Below are positions 1 to 7,171 of a stretch of 64,000 nucleotides of DNA, one piece after another. Within the stretch, counting starts at the first letter, position 1. Every line of letters begins with the position of its first letter. This DNA is from an uncultured Thermoleophilia bacterium. Its GTDB lineage: Bacteria > Actinomycetota > Thermoleophilia > UBA2241. A model generated the notes under the pieces. That model searched no databases. It was not told the DNA's origin and worked only from the letters and a program-made list of their open reading frames with translations. The stretch is from contig CAVVGY010000010.1 in assembly GCA_963747935.1 (NCBI GenBank), positions 131,951 through 195,950 of the forward strand, written 5' to 3'. Both the position numbers and the translations under genes were made by a program.

Positions 1-117
1 CCGGCGCAGACGTCGCTCCCGCGCGCCGGCGCCGTCCGCCACCGTCTGGAACTGGCGGCGCAGTTCGCCCTCGAAGCTGGTCTCGTTCAGGTCGGAGCTC
101 TGGTCCTGCGGGTCCAT
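1..117 (-). CDS. Possible anti-sigma factor, N-terminal part only; the gene runs off the left edge of the window
   Basis: ATG at 117 sits immediately downstream of, and on the same strand as, the ECF sigma factor gene. The translated N-terminus is MDPQDQSSDLNETSFEGELRRQFQ. The call rests on position only. Confidence 0.3.
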   Translation of the reverse strand, partial: MDPQDQSSDLNETSFEGELRRQFQTVADGAGARERRLRR

Positions 118-126
118 CACGTCACC

Positions 127-690
127 TCATCCATCCAGCTGGGCGGCCAGTCGCTTGAGGCCGCGGCTGACGCGGGCCCGCGCGGTCTGCTCGGTGCAGC
201 CGAGCTCGCGGGCCACGTCGTTGTAGGAGCGCCCTTCGATGACGCGCAGACGCAGAGCCTCGCGCTGGTCGGATCGCAGAGAGTCGAACGCCTGCCGTAC
301 CTCGCGGCCGACGCGCTCGAAGTCGATGAGCGCCTCGATGCGCTCGAGGTCATCGCCGGCGAGTTCGATGCGGTCCATGCCGAGCCGCCTGCGAGCAGCG
401 TCGTCCACGCGCAGGCGGCGAAGGTAGCGACCGAGCTTGCGGGCGGCGATGACGTAGAGCCACGCCGTCGCCGAGCCTTCGCCGCGAGAACGGAAGCGAC
501 GGCGCGAGGCGAACGCCTCCGCGAGCGTCTCCGCCGTCAGGTCGGCGGCGACCTGGGCGTCGAACGTGCGACGCGCGAAGTAGGCGAGCAGACCCGGGAG
601 CACGCGGTCGTAGAAGGTGACGAACAGGTCCGCGCGCCGCGCCGAGACGCTGAGCAGTTCCTCGTCACACACCATCTCCCGACGCTCCAC
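127..690 (-). CDS. ECF (sigma-70 family) RNA polymerase sigma factor
   Basis: 187-aa ORF with region-2 and region-4 features (…RVIEGRSYNDVARELGCTEQTARARVSRGLKRL…). It sits directly upstream of the candidate anti-sigma gene. Confidence 0.85.
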   Translation of the reverse strand: MERREMVCDEELLSVSARRADLFVTFYDRVLPGLLAYFARRTFDAQVAADLTAETLAEAFASRRRFRSRGEGSATAWLYVIAARKLGRYLRRLRVDDAARRRLGMDRIELAGDDLERIEALIDFERVGREVRQAFDSLRSDQREALRLRVIEGRSYNDVARELGCTEQTARARVSRGLKRLAAQLDG

Positions 691-878
691 GCATCACCCC
701 CGGCGACTCCTCTTCCACAAGGTTAATGCCGGAAGGCCGCCCTCTGTGACCGGGTGGGTCGCACGCGGACGCAGCAGCGGGGCGGCGGAGGGCCCCGAAG
801 GGTCTCTCCGCCGCCCCGCGTCAGGTGCGATGCGTCAGGCGTGCGCTCCGGGCCACCTGGACCGGAGCGGCTCTCGGA

Positions 879-3149
879 TCAGGCCGGGACGGGCGCGGGC
901 GCCGGCCAGCACAGGCCGTACTCGTCGAGCTCCGCGTAGGTCACGCCGCCCAAGGACGGGATGAGGAGGGCGATCTCGTCCTCCCACACCGCCTTGGGGT
1001 AGCCGGCCTGCCACTCGTGGCCGAGCCGCTTGGCCACCTCGCGGAACGCCCACCAGCCGGGACGGGCGGCGCCGGCCGGGCGCTGGATCCGGCGCAGGCG
1101 GCTGATGCGCCGCTCGGCGTTGGTGAACGTGCCGTCCTCCTCGCCCCAGGCGACGGACGGCAGCACCACGTCGGCCAGCTCGGCCAGGTCTCCGCGCACG
1201 GCGCCCTGGACGATCACGAAGCCGGCGGCGTCGATGGCCGCGAGCACGTCGGCGGCGTCACCGAACGAAGCCGCCTCGTTGGCCCAGACCCAGGCGGTGG
1301 TGACGGCGCCGTCCTTAAGGCCGGAGAGGATCTCGCCGGTGGCGCGGCCGGGCTCGGCCGGCAGCGTGGCGACGCCCCAGGCGTCGGCCAGGCGCTGCCG
1401 GGCCTCCGCGTCCGCGACCAGGTCGCCGCCGGGCAGCAGGTCGGGCGCCACGCCCATACCCACGAGGCCCTGGACGTTGCCTGCGCCGAGCGGCAGCGCG
1501 ACGCTGCGGGCGCCGGCCAGGTCGTCGAGCAGCGACTGCAGCTTGACGACGGCTGCTCCGGTGCCGGCCAGGTCGTCGGTGGCGCCGAGCGTGGCGCACA
1601 CTACGGCCGGACGCACATCGACGAGCTTGGCGGCGATGGTGCGGATGGTGGCCGCGTCCACGCCGGAGTCCTCGGCGATGCGCTCCGGCAGCACCGCGGC
1701 CAGCATGGCCTCGAGCTCACGCTCGTGCGGCACCACGTCGCCGGCCTCGCGTCGCTCGTGCAACTCGTTGGCGAGCAGCACGGCGATGATGCCGTTGAGC
1801 ACCTCGGGGATCTGCGCCGGCTCGACCGTGACGCGCACCGCGGCGGCGTCGCCGAGGTCGCTGTGGCCGGCGTCGAGCACCATGAGGTGGGCGCCGTCGC
1901 GGACGGCGCGGCGCAGGGCCGTGCCGGCCACCGGGTGGTCGGCCACCTCGCCGTCGCCGACCACGAGGACGGCGCGGGCCTCCTCGAGCACCGTCAGGGC
2001 GCCGGAGGTGTAACACACGCCGGCGCCCGTCCCCGTGCTCGCGAGCGACACGTTCGAGGTCTGGGCGACGCGGTGGTCGATGTCGTTGGTGCCGAGCACG
2101 GCGCGGAAGAACTTCTGCGCCTGGTAGGCCTCCTCGTTGGTGCACACCGGCGCGATGAGGCCGGCCACTTCGCCGGGCGCTGCCGCGCCGAGCTTCTCGG
2201 CGACCAGATCGAGCGCTTCGTCCCAGCTCGCCTTGACGAGCTGCCCGTCCTTGCGCACCAGCGGCTCCTCGAGCCGGGCGCGGTCGTCCGGCTCCAGCAC
2301 CGCGAACCGGCCGCGCTTGCACAGGCGGCCGCGGTTGGGCGGCACGTCGCCGGCGCCGGTGACCTTGACCACCTCGCCGTCCTTGAGATGGACGACCGTC
2401 TGGCAGCCCATGCCGCAGTGCGGGCAGGTGGTGCGGATGCGCTGCAGCTCCCAGCTGCGGGCGATGCCCTTGGCCGTGCGCTCGGTGAGCGCCCCGACGG
2501 GGCAGACGTCCACGCACTGGCCGCAGAGCTCGCACTGCTCGAGGTCCGGCAGCGGGTACCAGTCCTTGCCGCCGGCGCGCTCCGCGCGCCGGCCGGAGGG
2601 ATGCGGCACCACGCCGTTGACCTGGATGGCGGTGCAGGCGGCCCAGCAGCGGCCGCAGAGGATGCACTTGGAGTAGTCGCGGATGACGTAGCTGTCTTCC
2701 GCGAACGGGAAGAGCTCGGCCGCCGGCATCTCCGTGGGCGGCTCGACCTGGTACTCGTAGGCGAGCCGGCTGAGCTCGCACTCGCCCAGGGCGTCACAGG
2801 TGATGCAGGTGTGACGCCCCGAGTTGATGAGCAGCTCGAGCGTGGACCGCCGCGAGTGCCGCACGCGGTCGCTCATGGTCTGGACGTCCATGCCCTCGGT
2901 GGCCGGCGTACTGCAGGCAGGCAGCAGCCTGCCCGCGCCGGCCACCTCGACCACGCAGAGGCGGCACACGTCACGGTGGCCCGCCTCGGGCAGGTAGCAG
3001 AGCGTCGGGATGGCGACGCCGTTGGCGCTCGCCACGTCCAGGATGGTCTGGCCGGGTTCGAAGCTCATGACCCGGCCGTCGACCGTGATCTGCGGCGCGG
3101 CCGTCACAGCTTCACTGTTCTCGGCGGGGGTGGTCGGTACGTCGGTCAT
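879..3149 (-). CDS. NuoG/FdhA-like molybdopterin-oxidoreductase-family Fe-S subunit (N-terminal 2Fe-2S, two 4Fe-4S ferredoxin motifs and a CPHCGMGC cluster motif)
   Basis: 756-aa ORF. Cysteine motifs seen: CYLPEAGHRDVCRLC, CILCGRCWAAC, CELCGQCVDVC and TTCPHCGMGC. Its ATG overlaps the stop codon of the upstream flavoprotein gene (ATGA). Confidence 0.75.
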   Translation of the reverse strand: MTDVPTTPAENSEAVTAAPQITVDGRVMSFEPGQTILDVASANGVAIPTLCYLPEAGHRDVCRLCVVEVAGAGRLLPACSTPATEGMDVQTMSDRVRHSRRSTLELLINSGRHTCITCDALGECELSRLAYEYQVEPPTEMPAAELFPFAEDSYVIRDYSKCILCGRCWAACTAIQVNGVVPHPSGRRAERAGGKDWYPLPDLEQCELCGQCVDVCPVGALTERTAKGIARSWELQRIRTTCPHCGMGCQTVVHLKDGEVVKVTGAGDVPPNRGRLCKRGRFAVLEPDDRARLEEPLVRKDGQLVKASWDEALDLVAEKLGAAAPGEVAGLIAPVCTNEEAYQAQKFFRAVLGTNDIDHRVAQTSNVSLASTGTGAGVCYTSGALTVLEEARAVLVVGDGEVADHPVAGTALRRAVRDGAHLMVLDAGHSDLGDAAAVRVTVEPAQIPEVLNGIIAVLLANELHERREAGDVVPHERELEAMLAAVLPERIAEDSGVDAATIRTIAAKLVDVRPAVVCATLGATDDLAGTGAAVVKLQSLLDDLAGARSVALPLGAGNVQGLVGMGVAPDLLPGGDLVADAEARQRLADAWGVATLPAEPGRATGEILSGLKDGAVTTAWVWANEAASFGDAADVLAAIDAAGFVIVQGAVRGDLAELADVVLPSVAWGEEDGTFTNAERRISRLRRIQRPAGAARPGWWAFREVAKRLGHEWQAGYPKAVWEDEIALLIPSLGGVTYAELDEYGLCWPAPAPVPA

Positions 3150-3150
3150 C

Positions 3151-5037
3151 TCAGACCACCCCTACCGCGATGCGGTAACAGCGCAGGCAGCGCTCGGCCT
3201 CGCGCCGCGCGTCGGCGGCGCTCACCGGCCCTTCGACCTCGTCGAAGCACTGGATGCGCACCTCCGGCGGCACGACCATGGGCCGCAGCTTCTCGGTGTT
3301 GCCGGTGAACGGCAGCGGCTGCTCGGCCTCCTTGCGCACGACCTCGAGCATCGCGTGCTCCAGGCGCACCTCCGGCGACGGGCCGACCGACTCTCCCTTG
3401 AGGAACTCGTTCATGGACTCGGCGGCGCGGCGTCCGGCGCCGAGGGCCGCGACGAGGCTGCTCGGCCCCGTGTAGCAGTCGCCGCCGCCGAACACGCGCG
3501 GGTCGGCGGACTGCATGGTGAGCGGGTCGACCTCCAGGGTCTTCCACTTGCTCACCTCGATGTGGCTCGGCACCAGCTGGTCGACGGAGCACACCTGGCC
3601 GATGGCCGGGACGATGCAGTCGCAGGGGATGACGAACTCGGAACCCTCGACCGGCTCGGGGCGGCGGCGCCCGGAGGCGTCGGGCTCCCCGAGCTGCATG
3701 CGCCTGCACTCGAGGCCCTTGACCACGCCGTCCTCGGCGATGATCTTCGTCGGCGCGACGAGAGTGACCATCTCGACGCCCTCCTCCTTGGCCTCGACGA
3801 TCTCGACCTGGTCGGCCGGCATCTCAGCCTCGGTGCGGCGGTACAGGAGCTTGACGTCGTCGAACCCGATGCGGATCGACGAACGGACGCAGTCCATGGC
3901 CACGTTGCCGCCGCCGATGACGAGCATCGTCTTGCCCTTGAGCGGCACGTTGCCGAAGGCGATCTCGCGCAGGAACTCCACGCCGGGCATGAAGCCCTGG
4001 TACCCGGCGTCCTCGCCCTCGCAGCCCATGCGCGCGGACTGGTGCGCGCCGACGGCGATGAACACGGCCTCGTAGCCCTGCTCGAACAGCTCTTCCATGG
4101 TCACGTCGACGCCGAAGCGGGTGTTGTACCTGATCTCGGCGCCGAGCGCCTGTACCCGGTCGATCTCGGCGCGCAGCACCTGGCGCGGCAGGCGGTAGTC
4201 GGGGATGCCGACGGCAGCCATGCCGCCGCCCTCGGGCAGAGCCTCGAGGATGGTGCTCTTGACGCCCTCGAGGCCGAGGTAGTAGGCGCAGGCCAGGCCG
4301 GCCGGCCCGGCGCCGATGATGGCGACCCGAGGCTTGCCCGGCAGCTCGCGCGGGACGATCTCGGCCTCGCTGTCGGCCACGAAGCGCTTGAGCGTGCGGA
4401 TGGCGACCGGCTCGTCGACGGAGCCGCGGCGGCAGGCGTCCTCGCAGGGACGCACGCACACGCGGCCGATGGTGGCCGGCATGGGGCAGCGCTTGCGCAC
4501 GGCCTCGGACGAGCGCTCGACCTCGTCGATGCGGAGCTGCTCCACATACGCCGGGATGTCCACGCCGGCCGGGCAGGCGGCCATGCACGGCGCCACCACC
4601 GTGCGAGCGTAGGTGCCGCGCGGGATCGGCTTGCGGGCGGCGACGGCGGCCTCGAAGGCCGCGCGGTTCTGCTCGAGCGACTCGAGCACCGCGTACCCGC
4701 CGGAGCGGCCGAGGTCGCAGCGCGAAGCCTCGGCGACGTGCTGCGCGAGCTCGTAGGCGCGCTGGAGGCGCTCCTCCGTGCCCACGCCGTCACAGATCTC
4801 CTCGAGGATGTCGCCGACCTCGTGCATGCCGATGCGACAGGGGAAGCACTGACCGCAGCACTCCTGCACGGTCTGGCGGGCGTACTCGCGGGTGAGGTCG
4901 ACGATGTCGACGGAGTCGTCCCACACGGCCATGCCGCCCCAGCCCATGACGGCACGGAAGGTGCCGTGGAGCTCGGCGGGCAGGAGCGATGGGTCGGTGG
5001 TCCAGGCACCCGCCACGGCGACGGCGGCGTCGGTCAT
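3151..5037 (-). CDS. NADH-binding Fe-S flavoprotein: a NuoF-like C-terminal 4Fe-4S region fused to a GltD-like FAD/NAD(P) oxidoreductase (diaphorase/beta subunit)
   Basis: In-frame ATG at 5037 (MTDAAVAVAG…). Motifs seen: CGQCFPCRIG (NuoF-type 4Fe-4S) and dinucleotide-binding VAIIGAGPAGLACAYYL and MLVIGGGNVAMDC. The longer ORF-track ORF extends upstream into a repeat element and is rejected. Confidence 0.75.
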   Translation of the reverse strand: MTDAAVAVAGAWTTDPSLLPAELHGTFRAVMGWGGMAVWDDSVDIVDLTREYARQTVQECCGQCFPCRIGMHEVGDILEEICDGVGTEERLQRAYELAQHVAEASRCDLGRSGGYAVLESLEQNRAAFEAAVAARKPIPRGTYARTVVAPCMAACPAGVDIPAYVEQLRIDEVERSSEAVRKRCPMPATIGRVCVRPCEDACRRGSVDEPVAIRTLKRFVADSEAEIVPRELPGKPRVAIIGAGPAGLACAYYLGLEGVKSTILEALPEGGGMAAVGIPDYRLPRQVLRAEIDRVQALGAEIRYNTRFGVDVTMEELFEQGYEAVFIAVGAHQSARMGCEGEDAGYQGFMPGVEFLREIAFGNVPLKGKTMLVIGGGNVAMDCVRSSIRIGFDDVKLLYRRTEAEMPADQVEIVEAKEEGVEMVTLVAPTKIIAEDGVVKGLECRRMQLGEPDASGRRRPEPVEGSEFVIPCDCIVPAIGQVCSVDQLVPSHIEVSKWKTLEVDPLTMQSADPRVFGGGDCYTGPSSLVAALGAGRRAAESMNEFLKGESVGPSPEVRLEHAMLEVVRKEAEQPLPFTGNTEKLRPMVVPPEVRIQCFDEVEGPVSAADARREAERCLRCYRIAVGVV

Positions 5038-5267
5038 GCAGCCTCCTCTGCGCCGGTCGGGCACTGGCTCGGCGACTGCCTCCCTCCAGGGCAGAGGTGG
5101 AGGGCCCGGACCGGTCGGTCGTTCCCGGCGCCCCTGCGGGGCGTCTCTCTTCCCCATGATACGTAGGTGTGCCCCGGGCCACAATCGAGGGGGTCCGCCG
5201 CGAGAGTACGCGGAGCAGAGCGGCGAGGGAGCGGGGCTGCCGATGGCGCGGAGACCAAGCGCTCCAT

Positions 5268-5376
5268 GAGGTAGGTGCGTTGACCCTACGTACGTCTGAA
5301 CGTACGTCCAAGCACCCCATGGGGCTTCCGGACGTACGCTTGGACGTACGCATCCGGAACGCACTACCCCTGCCGG
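5268..5376. repeat. Repeat family A copy 1: roughly 110-bp palindrome-rich intergenic element (GGACGTACGTCC … CCCCATGGGG … GGACGTACG)
   Basis: Homologous copies lie at about 19953, 36238 and 40366. All start GAGGTAKGTG/GAGTAGTGTG and contain the CCCCATGGGG and GGACGTACG palindromes. Confidence 0.7.
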
Positions 5377-5412
5377 AACGGCGAGACCCAGGTCGGACGA
5401 CAGGGCCCGGGG

Positions 5413-6084
5413 TCAGGCGCCGGAGAGGCCGCGCCGGACGGCGTCCACCAGAGCCTGTGGCTGCTGGGCGCCGCTCACCGCGAAGCGCCGTCCGAACATG
5501 AACGTCGGGACGGCGCGGATGCCCAGCTTGGCCGCGCGCTGCTCGTCGAGGCGCACGGAAGTGGACGTGAGGTCGTCGTCCAGCGCGGCGACGACGCGCG
5601 CCTCGGGCATGCCGGCGGCGTCGGCGAGGCGCTCGAGCACCTCGCGGTCGCCGACATCCTCGCCGCGAGCCCAGTACGCCGAGAGCAGGCCGAGGCCCAG
5701 GCGGCGCTGGAGCTCCTGGTGGACGAGTTCTCCGCTCTCGTCCTCCCGCTCCTCCAGCGCCCCGGCCAGCAGCCGGTGCGCGAGGAACGTGCTGGGGCGA
5801 TGCTGCAGCTCGCGGAGGTCGAGCAGCGGCAGGCCGTCGGCGGCCGCCGCTCGCCGCAGCCCGTCCGACATGCCGTCGAGCGCGCCGGGTCCGTACTTGG
5901 CCTCGATGTACTCGGTCCAGTCGACGCCCTCCGGCGGCACGGCCGGGTCGAGCTCGAACGCTCCGAAGCGCCAGTTCAACTGCTGCGCTTCGTCGCCGAC
6001 TTCTTCGAGAGCGGTGAGCCAGCGCGACGCGCCGACATAGCACCACGGTCAGACGATGTCGGACCAGATGACGACGTCGATCAT
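5413..6084 (-). CDS. DsbA/FrnE-family thiol-disulfide oxidoreductase with an in-frame TGA at the first Cys of the CxxC motif (codon 6049..6051); either a selenoprotein candidate (U-P-W-C) or a pseudogene
   Basis: ATG at 6084 with the RBS GAGGAGA. Translation is MIDVVIWSDIV-TGA-PWCYVGASRW…, in frame with the 188-aa ORF 5413..5979, which shows the DsbA-like AVPTFMF motif. Confidence 0.55.
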
Positions 6085-6199
6085 GTCCTGTCTCCTCGTG
6101 AGCTGTAGCCGGGTGCCAGCACATCATTTCCCGTGCTGCGCCGGAGTAGTCCGAGGCGTTGGTTCCTGAGAGAATCGGCGCAGCAGCATCACCCCGTGT

Positions 6200-6649
6200 G
6201 TGAAGGAGCAGCGCATGCCGTCAGAGCTCAGCGTCCACGCCGTACAGCAGGGTCCCATGGAGTTCGCGATCAGCGACGGCGATCACGCCGTGACCATCGA
6301 CTATCCGCTCCCCGGGACGCCCGGCGCGGACGGCGAGCTCAAGGGCATGACGCCGTTGCGACTGTTGCTCGCGAGCCTGGCCGGGTGCAGCGGCAGTTCC
6401 GTCGCCGTGCTGCTGCGGCGCGACGGAGAGCCGGTGGAGCGGGTGGAGGTCCGGGCGAGCGGGCGGCGTCGCGACGAGCACCCGACGGTCATCACCGACA
6501 TCGACCTGGAGTTCACCGTGGTCGGCGACGTCGACCCGGCGCGGGTGGAGCACGCGCTGCGGCTCTCCGAGACCACCATCTGCCCGGTGTGGGCGATGGT
6601 GAAGGCGGGTACGCCGGTCAGCAGCAGCTTCACGGTGGTGGCGACGTGA
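6200..6649 (+). CDS. OsmC/Ohr-family peroxiredoxin-like protein
   Basis: 149-aa ORF with the conserved LLLASLAGC and TTICPV motifs typical of OsmC. Confidence 0.75.
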   Translation: MKEQRMPSELSVHAVQQGPMEFAISDGDHAVTIDYPLPGTPGADGELKGMTPLRLLLASLAGCSGSSVAVLLRRDGEPVERVEVRASGRRRDEHPTVITDIDLEFTVVGDVDPARVEHALRLSETTICPVWAMVKAGTPVSSSFTVVAT

Positions 6650-6690
6650 GGGGCGGCGCGGCGACCGGTGGCGAGGCGAGGAGGAGCGCG

Positions 6691-7143
6691 GTGCGCAGGT
6701 GGATCACGCCGTTCGTGCTCACGGTCGCGGCGCTGGCGCTCGTGGCGCTGCCGCTCGCGAGCGCCGGCTGTGGGTCCTCCGGGGGCGACAAGGCCCAGCC
6801 GACGTGGCAGAAGGTGGTGAGCAGCGAGATCTCCGGCAAGGCCCCGGTCAAGCTCAACCTCGGCACGCACCAGCTCGGCACCAAGGTGCGCCTCGCCTGG
6901 GACCTCACCGGTCCACCGTCGCCGCCGGTGATCCTGACGCTCCGCCTCATCAACGCCGACTACGGCACGGGATTCGGCTACTCCGCTGATCCCACCCAGC
7001 AGGGCTTCCAGACCCAGACCGAGAACGCGATGACGATCGGGCCTCTCAAACCGGGGAACTTCACCATCCACTTCAGCCAGCGGTTCCCGCCGGCCGAAGG
7101 CCCCGGCTATGACGGGACGATCACCGTCTACACCCTGAAGTAG
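6691..7143 (+). CDS. Small lipoprotein (signal peptide plus lipobox LASAGC)
   Basis: GTG start preceded by GAGGAGGAG. The N-terminal hydrophobic stretch is VLTVAALALVALPLASAGC. Confidence 0.5.
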   Translation: MRRWITPFVLTVAALALVALPLASAGCGSSGGDKAQPTWQKVVSSEISGKAPVKLNLGTHQLGTKVRLAWDLTGPPSPPVILTLRLINADYGTGFGYSADPTQQGFQTQTENAMTIGPLKPGNFTIHFSQRFPPAEGPGYDGTITVYTLK

Positions 7144-7171
7144 GCGCACGCCGGAGAGAGGAGCGGGGATC

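Noticed and set aside
825-3308. 827-aa plus-strand ORF, with similar very long ORFs at 3010..5166 (+), 7121..8923 (-), 19832..21655 (-), 27467..29212 (+), 34092..36407 (-), 52264..54261 (-) and 54936..56813 (+)
   Set aside because: They are antisense shadow ORFs of well-supported genes on the opposite strand. Their translations are Arg/Gly/Ala-rich low-complexity sequence typical of open frames in 70%+ GC DNA, and they have no recognisable domains.
3151-5364. 737-aa version of the NuoF/GltD flavoprotein with an N-terminal extension
   Set aside because: The extension reads through repeat A copy 1 (…WTYVQTYVGSTHLPHG…). The conserved protein begins at the internal ATG at 5037, which has a proper upstream context.
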